From Salinactinospora qingdaonensis (GTDB lineage Bacteria; Actinomycetota; Actinomycetes; Streptosporangiales; Streptosporangiaceae), in the NCBI RefSeq assembly GCF_039539445.1, contig NZ_BAABDD010000001.1, positions 444,103 through 508,102 of the forward strand: a DNA stretch of 64,000 nt, in the 5' to 3' direction. Of the stretch, positions 1-11,076 are shown in pieces; position 1 is the first letter of the stretch; each line of letters begins with the position of its first letter. A model generated the notes under the pieces. It searched no databases and was not told where the DNA came from. It was given only the letters and a program-made list of their open reading frames with translations. Both the position numbers and the translations under genes were made by a program.

Positions 1-790
1 CGGGCCATCGTCTTCAGCTCCTCATCGACGACCATGTAGAGTTCGTCGGTCTCCTTGGGGTCGGCGAGGAACTCCAGGAGGCCCGACAACGAGGGGCCGG
101 CCGGGGGGTAACGGTAGGTTCCACTGATCGGGTTCATCACCGCGGTGCCCCCGCTGAGGCTGACATGGCGCTCGGGGCTGGCACCGACCAGGGTGCGTTC
201 ACCGGTGTGGACGATGAACGTCCAGTAGGCGCCGGTCTCCCGTCTCATCAGGCGACGGAAGAAACCGAGTGCGCTCTGGGGCGAGTAACCGGTGATGTCG
301 GCAGTGAAGGAACGTTTGAGGACGAAGTTGGCTCCCTCTCCGGTCCCGATCTCGTCAGCGACGATTCTGCTCACGATCGCGGCGTAGTCCTCGTCGGAGA
401 CGTCGAAGTGGGCGTTGTCTAGCCGGATCGCGGGGTCGGGCAGCCGTGGTAGCACGGTGGAGACGTCCAGTGTTGCCTGCTCGCGCACCCGCATGGTCAG
501 CAGTGGCGTCCCGTCGTCGGGGCATGGGTCACCGCGCTCCGCGAGCTGGCGGAAGGGGATGAGGACTAGAACGTCTTGGCGTGGCGTACCGCCCTCCGCA
601 ACGGTGTCCTCCTCGGCTGGTAGCGGGATCGCACCGATGAGGTCCGTAGTCGTCACGTCGCCGAGCAGGACCTCGATACGGTCAGCTCCACTGCTCTCAG
701 GCCGGTTGAGCAGCGCAAACGGCGGCGGGTCTTCTCCCACGAGTCGCTCTATCAGGTCCAGGCCGGGCTGGAGCTCGCGATCGGCCATCA
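1..790 (-). CDS. PhzE-like 2-amino-2-deoxyisochorismate synthase (anthranilate synthase component I family); N-terminal part only, gene continues past the left window edge
   Basis: Hand translation of the minus strand from the ATG at ~789 gives [45 protein letters not shown]...MNPISGTYRYPPAG...LLEFLADPKETDELYMVVDEELK. The PPFALL-RPE N-terminus and the chorismate-binding region are PhzE/TrpE-like. ATGA overlap with the upstream isochorismatase. The ORF track shows no stop before position 1. Confidence 0.65.
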
Positions 791-1486
791 GGCGGCACTC
801 CCTTTGGCTGCACAGACCTGGGCGAGTAGCTCATCGGTGGTGGCGACGACCGCGCATCTTTGTGCTGTGTACTCGATCGCCATCCGGTGGTACTCGGGAG
901 TAAAGTCGGCGATGGCGTCAGCAGCCAGGAACGGCTGGATGTCGTTAGTGTAGGCGTCCAGTGCGGTCGCGAGGATTCCCACATGTGCGTACACTCCGCA
1001 CACCAGGAGCTGGTCGCGCCCGGCCTCGCGCATGCGCTCCAGCAGCCCGGTGCGGAAGAAGGCGCTGTAGCGCCACTTGGTGAGGTTCCAGTCCTCTGCT
1101 GCCGGTGCCAAGGGCTCAATGATCTGGCGATCGTGTGTGGAGGCCGTCATCCCGGGGCCCCAGAAGTCCTTGAGCAATCCCCGCTCGGCACTGGACATGG
1201 CACCGGGCTGGGCAGTGTAGGCCACGGGTATCCCCAGTTGCGCGCAGCGGTCACGCAGCCGGACGCTGTTGTGCGTCAACTCGGTGAGGGGAGAACGGGC
1301 GACGGGAAACGGCCTGAGGAAGTAGCGCTGCATGTCGTGGATTAGGAGGACAGCCCGACGCGGATCGGCCTTCCAGGTGGCGATGTTGCCGGGTAGCCCC
1401 TCCGCCGTGGGCATCGGATGAGGGACGATCTCGGGTATTCCTGTCACTGTTGACCCCGTTTCCTGTTCAGGCACCGAGTGTGGCAC
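788..1486 (-). CDS. isochorismatase family hydrolase (PhzD/EntB N-domain-like)
   Basis: 232-aa ORF. The [10 protein letters not shown] ... [17 protein letters not shown] motif is typical of isochorismatases. Overlaps the downstream PhzE-like gene and the upstream SDR. Confidence 0.8.
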   Translation of the reverse strand: MPHSVPEQETGSTVTGIPEIVPHPMPTAEGLPGNIATWKADPRRAVLLIHDMQRYFLRPFPVARSPLTELTHNSVRLRDRCAQLGIPVAYTAQPGAMSSAERGLLKDFWGPGMTASTHDRQIIEPLAPAAEDWNLTKWRYSAFFRTGLLERMREAGRDQLLVCGVYAHVGILATALDAYTNDIQPFLAADAIADFTPEYHRMAIEYTAQRCAVVATTDELLAQVCAAKGSAA

Positions 1487-2261
1487 CGCCGTCGACGATC
1501 AGGTCTTGCATGGTGATGTGGGATGCCTGGTCGGAGAGGAGGAAGGCGACCGCCTCGGCCACATCGGAGGGGGTCGCGAGCTTACGCAGCGGAATCCCGA
1601 CTCTGTATGCCTCAGGAGCCCCCTCGATCGACACCCGCTCGCCCGCCTCCCGAGAGTCTCCCCACAGCGAGGACAGCATGGGGGTGTCAGTCGATCCCGG
1701 TGCCACGACGTTGCAGCGAATGCCGTGGTGGGCCGCCTCTAGGCCCAGACACTTGGTAAACGCCGTAGCGGCGGCCTTGGACGCGGCGTAGGCGGCCATT
1801 TCCGTGCGGGCCGTGCCGGCGGCGTTGGAGGCCACAGTCACCATCGAGCCCGACGAACGCTGCGTCATTCGGGCGAGCACGGCACGTGACGTGAAGAAGA
1901 CACCGGTGGTGTTCACCGCGAACATGGCAGCCCACTCCTCGTCGGTGAGGTCGCAAACCTTCCGGGGCAGTAACACTCCGGCGGCGTTGACGAGATGCTG
2001 GATGGGCCCCAGCTCACGCTCCACGCGGGCAACGGTGTCGTTGACGTTTGCGCTGTCGGTCACATCGGCGGGGTAGGGCAGGGTGGCCAGACCGTCGTCG
2101 GCCATGCTCTTCGCTGTTTCGTGCAGTCGCTCGGCATCATGGTCGACAGCGGCCACGGTGGCGCCCAGACCGGCCAACGTCTGCACAACGGCTGTGCCGA
2201 TGCCACCCGCCGCGCCGGTCACCAGAGTTGTCGTGCCCGCGATCCCTCGGTTGTGCATCAT
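1467..2261 (-). CDS. short-chain dehydrogenase, 2,3-dihydro-2,3-dihydroxybenzoate dehydrogenase (EntA/DhbA)-like; probable DHHA dehydrogenase
   Basis: 264 aa. Rossmann motif [14 protein letters not shown], catalytic [19 protein letters not shown]. Sits between the isochorismatase and the DAHP synthase. Confidence 0.75.
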   Translation of the reverse strand: MMHNRGIAGTTTLVTGAAGGIGTAVVQTLAGLGATVAAVDHDAERLHETAKSMADDGLATLPYPADVTDSANVNDTVARVERELGPIQHLVNAAGVLLPRKVCDLTDEEWAAMFAVNTTGVFFTSRAVLARMTQRSSGSMVTVASNAAGTARTEMAAYAASKAAATAFTKCLGLEAAHHGIRCNVVAPGSTDTPMLSSLWGDSREAGERVSIEGAPEAYRVGIPLRKLATPSDVAEAVAFLLSDQASHITMQDLIVDGGATLGA

Positions 2262-2301
2262 GCGGCTCCTCTCGAAATCCTGGCTCGTGGCCAGGGACGT
2301 C

Positions 2302-3627
2302 TCACCGGTCCGTCGACGCCTCGGCCGTACCCACTGTCAGGAACCGCCGGTGGTGGGAAGGCGCCCCCGCCAGACGCCACACCGAGGCCACGGTCAATGC
2401 CTGCTCAGGGTTGAGCCGGGGGTCACAGTGCGTCGTATAGCGCTCAGGCACCAGAGCAAGACGGTCGCTGTCCACGACGCACTCAGTCACCGGCTCTGGG
2501 GTCGTCTCCAGGTGGAGGCCGCCGGCTACGGCGTTCCTCGCCGCGAGCACGTCCTGGAATCTGTTCGCCTCACGGATCACCGCGGTGACGAAACGGGTCT
2601 TGTGCCCGGTCGGGCAGCTAAGTGTGTTTCCATGCATGGGGTCGCACAGCCACACGACGGGATGCCCCGCCTCGGCGACCGCTTCGACCAAGGGCGGCAG
2701 CCGGTCGCCGACCAGGTCGGCCCCCATGCGGGAGATGAGGGTGAGTCGTCCCGGTTCGCGCTGTGGATCAAGGCGCTCGCACAGCTCCAGTAGCTCGCTT
2801 GGGGCGGTGGTGGGGCCGATCTTGCAGGCGACGGGGTTGGCTACGCTCGACAGGAGTGCGACGTGGGCGTGGTCCAACTGCCGAGTACGGTTACCGACCC
2901 AGGGCCAGTGGGTCGAGGCCAGGAAAGTCCTGCCGTCGGAGGAACACCTCAGCATCGGGATTTCGTAATCGAGCAGGAGGGCCTCGTGACTGGTCCACAC
3001 CTCCTCTTGCGCTACGGCGGAAGCCTCGATAGCAGCAGCGGCGTGGCGGGCGGCGCGGTGGCCCAGCAGTAGTCGGTTGGGATCGGGGCGACGCGACCGC
3101 GGGTCGGGAAGAGGACTGTTGACCATGTGCCCGCGGTAGACGGGCAGCTCGATCCCGTCGTAGTGCTCCGTGGGGCGCGAGCGCGGCTTGGCGAACTGGC
3201 CGGCGATACGTCCGACGGGAGTGACTGGCATATCCGAGCCCGCAGACATGGTGGCCGCGAGACCGGCGAGCAGCTCACTCTTGGCGGCGATGGCTTCGGA
3301 ACCGCAGTCGGCGAAGTCCTCGGCACAGTCACCAGCTTGAATGACGAGGCGCTCGCCCCTGGCCACTTCGGCGAGGATCGTTTTGAGTCGCAGCACGGCT
3401 TGGAACCCCACCAGACCAGGCAGGCGGGAAAGCTCGTCACGTACGTGGGAGATCCGTGGATGGTCGGACCACTCTGGTTGCTGCTGGGCGGGCAGCATCC
3501 AAAGCAGTGCGCTCTCAGAGGGCTGTGCTCTGGCGGCGCCCTCGGTCGTAGCGGACAAGGAGCGGGGGGATTTCATCAACCGCCTCCGGTTCAGTTTTTC
3601 GCCTGTGACATTCATAACGATCCTCAC
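2302..3627 (-). CDS. class II 3-deoxy-D-arabino-heptulosonate 7-phosphate (DAHP) synthase (PhzC-like)
   Basis: 441-aa ORF (true start may lie a few codons inside). Class II DAHPS hallmarks include LVIQAGDCAE, KPRS, DPMHGNT. Confidence 0.85.
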   Translation of the reverse strand: MRIVMNVTGEKLNRRRLMKSPRSLSATTEGAARAQPSESALLWMLPAQQQPEWSDHPRISHVRDELSRLPGLVGFQAVLRLKTILAEVARGERLVIQAGDCAEDFADCGSEAIAAKSELLAGLAATMSAGSDMPVTPVGRIAGQFAKPRSRPTEHYDGIELPVYRGHMVNSPLPDPRSRRPDPNRLLLGHRAARHAAAAIEASAVAQEEVWTSHEALLLDYEIPMLRCSSDGRTFLASTHWPWVGNRTRQLDHAHVALLSSVANPVACKIGPTTAPSELLELCERLDPQREPGRLTLISRMGADLVGDRLPPLVEAVAEAGHPVVWLCDPMHGNTLSCPTGHKTRFVTAVIREANRFQDVLAARNAVAGGLHLETTPEPVTECVVDSDRLALVPERYTTHCDPRLNPEQALTVASVWRLAGAPSHHRRFLTVGTAEASTDR

Positions 3628-4768
3628 AGCCGCAGTGACTTACCTAGAGCCCCCTCTTTCTCAAGAGGACTCCGAAGCCCATACACCAATAAAGGAAGCC
3701 AATAAAAAATAAGGAAACACTCTCCACGAATCTCTCGAACCATCAAAAATATAATCGAAAAATCTCGCAACAGAGGTTCATATTTTATTTAAAATGACAC
3801 CCCTCCACTTTGTTTTCGATATTCCCAACAAGAGGCAGTACCTACGAAACGTACAATAAAATCGAAGGGGACGTTGCCACCCTAAAATTAAAACAGAAAA
3901 CACGCAAAACCAAAAGGGAAATATATTACAAATCATGTCGATTTTGAAATTTTAATTCCTGTTAAATTGATACACCCAATACTATCGAATCTCTCGACAT
4001 GGAAACATAGTTCGAAATCGAAATACACAATCACTGGGCCTCGGAAGTATTGCTGGGGCCACTGCACACACCATCCACCGACAAAAATAATTCGTGCCTG
4101 TTTCTCCCAGATTTCTTGTCGATTTCTTGCCTGGAAGTCAGGGGTACCAACACGGCCCGGAGGAGGTGACCGAACTCTCCAACAGGGGCAGGAAAGGCAC
4201 AGCGGTAGGTGCCTCCGCCCTGTGGGGGATGTTCGGGCAAACCTCACATCCGACGCCGCAGTGATGTGAGCTGTGCTCTCGGATGGGTAGCCACGTTCCG
4301 ATCCGTGGCTCGTTTCCGATGACGCCCTTGCGGCCGCCCCTGACCGCTCCCCCATCTGAAGATCATCTTATTTGTTGCGATAGTATCTGCCATGATCAAG
4401 AAATCTCGCACTCGGCTATGTGACTCTAAAAGCGGCCGAGTGTGAGGGTAAACCTGCCGCGATACCCCCGAGAGCCCCCGAAATCCTAATCTGCCCTGCT
4501 ACAGACACGCACCAGGTGAACCGCCGTGTCCCAAGCGCACCCAGCGCTCGGTACGCACGTACCGACGACGAGAAGCCGAACAAGGGGCAAAGATTTCGAC
4601 TGACCGCTTAAAACATCCCTCACCAGCAAAGAAGCTATCTTCACAAGCAGCAACGACAATTATGTCGACTTCTCACACTTCTTCTGATAGAAAAAAGACG
4701 CCCCGAACCAGAAGAAAAGCGCAAAACCTAGGCAGGTCCCTACTCTCGTAATATATAGAGATCGATAT
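3628..4768. promoter_or_regulatory. 1.1-kb strongly AT-rich divergent intergenic region between the DAHP synthase operon and the SARP regulator
   Basis: Base composition drops abruptly (long A/T runs between 3690 and 4060; about 35-40% GC by eye) against a genome of about 70% GC. Perfect 8-bp stem hairpin CTCACATC...GATGTGAG at about 4243-4270 and GCCACG..CGTGGC at about 4291-4310. Confidence 0.5.
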
Positions 4769-7726
4769 ATGGAGCACAAGGTCAACCTTCTGGGACCACT
4801 TGAAATCTTCGTCGGCAATGACATGGTCCCACTGCGCTCCGAGCGCGAACGCACGGTCATGGCCCTACTTGCACTCAATCTCGGACGTCCAGTGGCTGCT
4901 GACAGCCTTATCGATGCTGTCTGGTCGGGCAACCCACCACAGACGGCACGCAACCAACTGGCCATATGCGTCTCTTCGTTGCGTAAAGAGCTGTACGCTC
5001 CCAAGAACTCCCTGATCGCGACTACCCCGGCGGGCTACACTCTCCAGGCCGCATCGGTGACGACCGATTTGCGGCTTGCCGAACAGCGGATCAACAAGGC
5101 CCGCGCCGCCCGCAGCGCCTCCTGTGACGAAGATGCCGTGCGCCACCTACGCTCGGCCATCGCCCTGTGGCGAGGCACCACCTTGGGCGACCTCTCTAGC
5201 CTGATGCTGCGGTCCGAGGCGGCTCGCATCGAACGGTGGCGCGCTTCGGTTCAGGAGGAGTGCCTCGAACTGGAGATCGAGCAGGGTTGGTACCAGGATG
5301 CCGTCAACGAGCTGACGCTCCTGGTGGACCACGAGCCCTATCAAGAGCATCTGCGTGCGCTGCTGATGCGTGCGTTCTACGGGATGGGGCAGCGCAGCGA
5401 GGCACTGGCGGTCTTCAGCGAAACCCGGAAACTGCTGGCTGAGGAGCTGGGGATCGATCCGGGGGCCGAGCTCCAAGAAACTCATGGGATGATCCTGCGC
5501 GGCGCCGCCGTCCCCCCGCCCCGCGCCCTGCCCGCCTACTCTGTAGAGAGTGCACCCCTGAGCTGGGAAAGCACCGGAACCGGCACCGTTTCACAGGGCA
5601 CGGGTAGTGGGACCATCCCACAACAGCTCCCGCCACCTCCTGTGGGATTCCGCGGGCGCGACGACGAACTCAGCCGGCTACACCAAGAGTTCGAGCTGCG
5701 CACGAAACTGAACATCACCCCCAGGATCGTCATCACGGGGATGGGCGGCGTTGGCAAGACGGCACTGGCCCTGAACTGGACGCATCAGGTCGCCAAGCGC
5801 TTCCCCGACGGTCAGCTCTACATCGACATGTGTAGCTTCACCGAGGGGGCGACCCCTCTGTCCGCTTCGGACGTCCTCCACACGTTCCTGCGCGCGCTCG
5901 GCATCTCGGGAGAGCTCATCCCGACCGAGCTCAAGGAGCAAGAGAGCCTCTTCCACGCCGAACTATCGCGACGACGGATCTTGATGTTGCTGGACAACGT
6001 CCACAGCTCTGAGCAAATCCGACCGCTGCTCTCCTCCGAACCGGGGAGTGCGGTGCTGATCACCAGTCGCAACGCCCTTGAGGGGCTCGCCGTCACCCAT
6101 GGAGTAAGCCATCTGCACCTGTCGACGCTGAACCGTGGCGAGGCGATCGACCTTCTCAAGTCTGTCCTGGAACTACGAACCACGGCCTGCGGCATGGACG
6201 ACGCCGCGCTGGGGGAACTCGCCGCGCTATGCGACGGTCTCCCCCTGGCGCTGCGGATCGCCGCAGCCCGGATCACCGTCCGCCCCGGACAAAGCGTTGC
6301 GAACCTCACCCGACGTTTGGCCAACGAGCAGCGCCGACTGGCCGAGCTGAGCTGTGGCGAGGTGAACCTAGCCGCCAACTTCGCCCTCAGCTATGGCGCG
6401 CTCAGACCGGAATCGGCCCGCCTGTTCCGGCTACTGGGACTGGTCGACATGCCCGACCTACCGGAATGGACCGTGTGCGCGCTCCTGGATACCGACTCGC
6501 TAAGCGGCAACGATCTGCTACAGGAACTCTTAGACGCCCACTTGGTGGAGATCGCATGCGAGGACGATCTCGGCCAGATGCGGTACCGGATGAACGACCT
6601 CGTGCGGCTCTACGCCCGGGAACGTGCACTGGCGGAAGAGACTGAGTCCGACCGCCGCACCGTGCTGCAACGGTGCCTGGGCGGCTGGCTCTTCCTGGCC
6701 AGGGAAGCCAGGCGCCGGAGCACAGGGCGCGAGGCCGATATGGTGCGATCGGAATTCCCGCTCTGGTCACCAGATCCGGCAGATGTGGCGGCACTGCTGA
6801 ACTCACCGGTCAACTGGTACCTGACAGAGCGCCGCCCCCTCATCAGCGCTGTGAGGCAGGCGGCCGACTACGGCCTGAGCGAGCTGGCCTGGAACCTCGC
6901 GACGTCGTGCGCCCAGTTCTTCCTATACAACAGCCAGATCAAGGACTGGCGCGAGACCCATGAGAAGGCGTTGGAGGTGGTACGACGTGCCGGTGACCAG
7001 CGAGGGGAAGCCGCACTGCTGTGCGGTCTGGGCCAGTTACACAACCATACTGGCAGGCCCGCCAGCGAGCTCTTCCACAGAGCCATCGAAATCTTCGCCC
7101 AGATCGGCGATGACCACGGGCGCGGCCTGGCGCTGGCCGCTTACGCTGTGGAGAAGCGCATGTGGGGCGAGCTGTGGCAGGCACTGGACCTCGACTCGCA
7201 GGCGTTGAAAGCGCTTCGCGACGCCCGTGACAACGAGAGCCAAGTCCAGGTGCTCTTCCACCTGGCCCGCATACGGATCGAGCTCGGCGACCTGAACGGC
7301 GCCGAATCTGACCTCGACTGTGCCCAACAGACAGCTCGTGATCCCTCTCACTGGGACCTGTCTGCACATCTCTGGCGTCGCAGAGCCGAGCTGTGTGGGG
7401 CGCGTGGGGACTTCCGCGGCGCTGTCGATGCCTACACCCGTGCGTTCGAGTTCGTCTGCGACGGCTCGGACCTCAACGGTCAGGCTCATTTGTTGCGGGA
7501 TCTGGCCGCGGCCCTGCTGCGTGCCGGCGACGTCGAGACCGCCCACGAGAAGGGAATCGCCGCGCTGGACCTCGGTGAGCACCTGAACGATCCGCGGTGC
7601 TATGCCCTCATCTGCCACACGATGGCCGAGATCTACGGGGCACGCGGAGACATCGCCTCCCAGACTCGCTACATCCGCGAGGCCAACGCGCGGTTCCGGG
7701 AGATGGGTATCCCTAAACCCGGCTAG
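4769..7726 (+). CDS. AfsR/SARP-family transcriptional regulator (BTAD DNA-binding + NB-ARC ATPase + TPR)
   Basis: 985 aa. N-terminus LLGPLEIFVGNDMVPL...RTVMALLALNLGRPV...LWRG is a SARP/BTAD domain. P-loop GMGGVGKTALA. C-terminal TPR-like repeats. Confidence 0.85.
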   Translation: MEHKVNLLGPLEIFVGNDMVPLRSERERTVMALLALNLGRPVAADSLIDAVWSGNPPQTARNQLAICVSSLRKELYAPKNSLIATTPAGYTLQAASVTTDLRLAEQRINKARAARSASCDEDAVRHLRSAIALWRGTTLGDLSSLMLRSEAARIERWRASVQEECLELEIEQGWYQDAVNELTLLVDHEPYQEHLRALLMRAFYGMGQRSEALAVFSETRKLLAEELGIDPGAELQETHGMILRGAAVPPPRALPAYSVESAPLSWESTGTGTVSQGTGSGTIPQQLPPPPVGFRGRDDELSRLHQEFELRTKLNITPRIVITGMGGVGKTALALNWTHQVAKRFPDGQLYIDMCSFTEGATPLSASDVLHTFLRALGISGELIPTELKEQESLFHAELSRRRILMLLDNVHSSEQIRPLLSSEPGSAVLITSRNALEGLAVTHGVSHLHLSTLNRGEAIDLLKSVLELRTTACGMDDAALGELAALCDGLPLALRIAAARITVRPGQSVANLTRRLANEQRRLAELSCGEVNLAANFALSYGALRPESARLFRLLGLVDMPDLPEWTVCALLDTDSLSGNDLLQELLDAHLVEIACEDDLGQMRYRMNDLVRLYARERALAEETESDRRTVLQRCLGGWLFLAREARRRSTGREADMVRSEFPLWSPDPADVAALLNSPVNWYLTERRPLISAVRQAADYGLSELAWNLATSCAQFFLYNSQIKDWRETHEKALEVVRRAGDQRGEAALLCGLGQLHNHTGRPASELFHRAIEIFAQIGDDHGRGLALAAYAVEKRMWGELWQALDLDSQALKALRDARDNESQVQVLFHLARIRIELGDLNGAESDLDCAQQTARDPSHWDLSAHLWRRRAELCGARGDFRGAVDAYTRAFEFVCDGSDLNGQAHLLRDLAAALLRAGDVETAHEKGIAALDLGEHLNDPRCYALICHTMAEIYGARGDIASQTRYIREANARFREMGIPKPG

Positions 7727-7782
7727 TGCCCCCAGATCGCGGGCGGGCTGGCCCCCGTTGCCGTGGAGCGAAGCCACGGCCC

Positions 7783-8769
7783 CTACTCCTGAGTTCCGAT
7801 GTGGAGCACCAGACGTCTGCCGCTGGCCTTACCGCTCTCGACTAGGCGATGAGCCTGGGCCGCGGCGCTCAGCGGGAGTGTCTCGGTGCTCCGCGGGCGG
7901 AGCCGCCCGGTTGCGAGTAGGCGGTTGATGACGGCCGCGGCCTCGGCGAGGTCAGCGCTCGCAGCGTGGGAGATGACGAATCCGCCTACCTGGCAATCCT
8001 TCATGTACAGCGCCCCCACCGGCAGGACAGGACGGCTCCGGGCCCCGGCGAGCAGGACGATTCTGCCGCGCCGGGCAAGTAGGTCGACGGCCATCTCGAG
8101 ATTGTTGACACCGGCGGCATCAAGGTAGAGGGCGGCCCCCTGCGGACACTTCTCGGACAGCTCGTCCCACAGACGAGCGTCACGGTAGTCGAGGGCGTGG
8201 GCCGCGCCCAGCCTACGACAATACTGGGCGTCACGCGCGGCGGCGACGGCGACCACCCGGGCCCCCGCCTGGGCCGCGAGTACGGTTAGCGCGCTGCCGA
8301 CGTTGCCGGCGGCGCCGGTGACGACCACCGTTTCTCCGGGAGTGAGCCGACAGTGGACGAACAGGGCCAGATAGGCCGTGGCGGCCGGATGCACCGTGGC
8401 CACTGCCTCCACGGGACCAACCCCCGCCGGCAGATGATAGAGCCGCTCCGCCGGGACCACGGCCCGCTCTGCCGCTGCTCCCTGCCGGCCACCGTGCCCG
8501 AGACTGTTGCACCACACCCGGTCACCGACGGCGAACCCGGACACGCCTGGACCGACTTCGGCAACGGTGCCGACCGCGTCTCGCCCGATGACGAACGGGA
8601 AAGGGGTGGGGGTGCGGAAGAGCCCGGACCGTACGAAGGTGTCCACGTGGTTGACGGTGGTGACTGAAACATCCACCAACACGTCGGTAGGCCCCGGGCG
8701 TGGCGCGGGAAGCTCACCACAGCGGATGGCCTCCGGTGGGCCGAGCTGCTCGATGTAGGCGGCGCGCAT
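7783..8769 (-). CDS. zinc-type alcohol dehydrogenase / NADPH:quinone oxidoreductase (MDR family)
   Basis: 328 aa. GroES-like N-domain and Rossmann motif VVVTGAAGNVGSALTVLAAQAGARVVAV. Confidence 0.75.
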   Translation of the reverse strand: MRAAYIEQLGPPEAIRCGELPAPRPGPTDVLVDVSVTTVNHVDTFVRSGLFRTPTPFPFVIGRDAVGTVAEVGPGVSGFAVGDRVWCNSLGHGGRQGAAAERAVVPAERLYHLPAGVGPVEAVATVHPAATAYLALFVHCRLTPGETVVVTGAAGNVGSALTVLAAQAGARVVAVAAARDAQYCRRLGAAHALDYRDARLWDELSEKCPQGAALYLDAAGVNNLEMAVDLLARRGRIVLLAGARSRPVLPVGALYMKDCQVGGFVISHAASADLAEAAAVINRLLATGRLRPRSTETLPLSAAAQAHRLVESGKASGRRLVLHIGTQE

Positions 8770-8852
8770 GACTGTACTCTCCTGCTCAGGGGACCGGCGA
8801 TGGGGATGCGGTACGGGCCCGCCCCCATGGTGGGGGCGGGTGTGGGGAGAGG

Positions 8853-10451
8853 TCAGGATTGGGAACGAAGAGCGTGCCCCGCTGTCCCGTGACCGTTCTC
8901 AGCCAGCACACGAGCGAGTTCGAGCCGCTTGATCTTAGTGGTGGCCGTATGGGGCAGGTCGTCGATCCGCCACTGCACGGGCTCGGCCATGGGGGGGAGC
9001 TCCCGTGTGGCACGCTGCCAGGCGGTGGTGTCCAGCGGCGTGTCGTCGTGGGTGCTTACCACGGGGACCGGGGTACCGTCCGCCCCCCGAACGATGATCA
9101 CCTCGGTGAGCTCGGGAAGGCGGGCCAGCAGCGTGTCCTCAGTGGCCAGGGTGGAACCGAACCCCTCGATCACGTCGACCTCGCGATCGAGCAGGTAAAG
9201 GCGCCCCCACCGGTCTCGATAGCCTACGTCGCCCATACGCCACCAGCCGTCCTCGGTAACTTGCTTGGCGTAGCGCTCGGGCTCCCCTAGGAAGGTGATC
9301 GCCCGACCGTCGCTACGCACCTCGATATATCCAGGGTTGGACTCCGAGGGCGGGGCGCCGTTGCGGCTGACGACACGCACATCGGTCATCCCCGGGAAGG
9401 GAACACCAACCCGACGCCCATTGGACTCCGGGAGCTGGCTTCGGGTGAAGGAGGAGGCAACGATGGGCCCGGTCTCGCTCTGGCCGTACAACTGGGCGAA
9501 CAGCGGCATCTGGCGGTTACTGGCGTGCAGGAGACGGTGCACGGTGCGCGGATGGATGGCGTCGAACGTACTGGAGAAGTACTTCACGTGAGCAAGGGGG
9601 CGGCGGGAGTCCTCGGTGAGCTGCTCCCACTCCATGAACGAGTTGGGGTGAGCCTCGATGATGCCTGGGCGAAACCGGGCGAACAGCTCCGCGACGTTCT
9701 CGGGGTCGGAGTCTCTGAGGACCAAAAGTGGGAAGCCGCGGGACAGGGCGATGGTCATGGCGCTGACGACCCTGGAGTGGACGAAGGACACGTGCATGGC
9801 CACTGTCTCGCGCTTGCGTACGAGGGCGACCGCGGAGGCTTGCGGGCGGTAGCGTGCCATGAGGCTGTAGCCGGTGTGCACCGCCAGCTTCGGCAGGCCG
9901 GTGGTGCCGGAGGTGTGCGTCACCAAGGTTGGGTGGTTGGCCGGCATCGTGATGGGGTCGACGCGCTGGGCTCCGGCGAGGGCGTGCATCGGGAGGGCGT
10001 CGGGGTGGTCTCCGGAGGCCAGCAGCACCTTTTCAGCGATCTGGAAGACCGTGTCCGTGAGTTCGTTGTCAAGCTTGGCCTGGTCGGTCAGGAAGTACGC
10101 CGGGGTCGCTCGGCGCAGCAGTTCGGTGACCGACTCCCCGTCGAGCTTGGGGGACAGCATCACCGGCACGGCGCCGATGCGGGCCACGGCACAGGCCAAG
10201 AGCGAGATGTCGAAGCCGTCGGACTTGTAGACCACCACGCGCTCTCCCGGGCGCACCTTCGCGGCCCATAGTCGGGAAGCCAGATCGGCTACCAGGTCGG
10301 CCACCTCAGCCGCGGTCAGTCGACGGTTGCGCTCCGGAGCGACATCGAGATCGTGATCGAGGATGACAACGTTCGACGGGTGGCGGGCGGCCACACGGTC
10401 GAAGACCGTTCCCAAGCGAATTCCTTTGTTGCCAAGGCGCTGCAATAGCAT
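8853..10451 (-). CDS. AMP-dependent synthetase/ligase (ANL adenylating enzyme)
   Basis: 532 aa. A3 motif HTSGTTGLPK, A5 YGQSETG, A10 TATTKIKRLEL. Shine-Dalgarno GAGAAGGG precedes the ATG. Confidence 0.8.
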   Translation of the reverse strand: MLLQRLGNKGIRLGTVFDRVAARHPSNVVILDHDLDVAPERNRRLTAAEVADLVADLASRLWAAKVRPGERVVVYKSDGFDISLLACAVARIGAVPVMLSPKLDGESVTELLRRATPAYFLTDQAKLDNELTDTVFQIAEKVLLASGDHPDALPMHALAGAQRVDPITMPANHPTLVTHTSGTTGLPKLAVHTGYSLMARYRPQASAVALVRKRETVAMHVSFVHSRVVSAMTIALSRGFPLLVLRDSDPENVAELFARFRPGIIEAHPNSFMEWEQLTEDSRRPLAHVKYFSSTFDAIHPRTVHRLLHASNRQMPLFAQLYGQSETGPIVASSFTRSQLPESNGRRVGVPFPGMTDVRVVSRNGAPPSESNPGYIEVRSDGRAITFLGEPERYAKQVTEDGWWRMGDVGYRDRWGRLYLLDREVDVIEGFGSTLATEDTLLARLPELTEVIIVRGADGTPVPVVSTHDDTPLDTTAWQRATRELPPMAEPVQWRIDDLPHTATTKIKRLELARVLAENGHGTAGHALRSQS

Positions 10452-10509
10452 GTTCCTGCCCTTCTCACACTGCTTGAGACGACGGGTGGGGCTCCGGTGT
10501 CAGAAATGG

Positions 10510-11076
10510 TTACGGAAGCTGGGGGCGCGCTGTCCGGTCGTTGACGATCACATCTCTAATGCGGTGGAGCGTGCTTTCGAGATCTTGCTCGATCTTGACG
10601 TTCCACTCGCGAAAAAAGCGCTGCTTCTGCGCTTCGTCCATCTCGGCCGTGATATTCAGAATTCCTTCGGTGGCCCTGCCCATACGGAAATGGTGGGTAA
10701 GCACGCATCCGCCCTGGGCGGGCTCGAGCTCGAAGGCCCACACGCTGTCCTGCTTTTCCCCTGAATTGGTGCGCATCGCCCAGTGGAAACTACGCCCGGG
10801 ATCGGCGACGATCACCTCGGATTCGGTGTGCCACCTACCGCGTACCACCGGCGCCCAGGAGACCACATCCTCCTTGCGCACATTCTCGCCGCGGAAAACC
10901 GACCCCACCGCTGCGGGTTCGCCCAGAACCCACTCCCCGCCTACGCATTCCGGGCTCCACTCCCCACTGCGAGGAAGGTCGCTCACCACGGAATAGGTTT
11001 CCTCTGCGGTTGCGGGAACGAAGATTTCGGCGCTAGCCAGGAGAAGATGTTGCATCTCACTGTGTTTCTCTCCCAT
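10510..11076 (-). CDS. SRPBCC (polyketide cyclase/START/Bet v1-like) family protein
   Basis: ORF 10510..11133. The likely start is an internal Met (MGEKHSEM / MQHLLL). Small hydrophobic ligand-binding fold signature. Start uncertain. Confidence 0.55.
   Translation of the reverse strand: MGEKHSEMQHLLLASAEIFVPATAEETYSVVSDLPRSGEWSPECVGGEWVLGEPAAVGSVFRGENVRKEDVVSWAPVVRGRWHTESEVIVADPGRSFHWAMRTNSGEKQDSVWAFELEPAQGGCVLTHHFRMGRATEGILNITAEMDEAQKQRFFREWNVKIEQDLESTLHRIRDVIVNDRTARPQLP

Noticed and set aside
165-903. Plus-strand ORFs 165..422 and 415..903 at the left edge.
   Set aside because: They are antisense to the well-supported PhzE-like coding sequence, which reads MADRELQ... on the minus strand.
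3933-4355. 140-aa minus-strand ORF (and several 60-100-aa ORFs) inside the AT-rich intergenic region.
   Set aside because: Codon usage is atypical for the genome, there is no RBS, and the translations are low complexity. This is more likely non-coding regulatory DNA.
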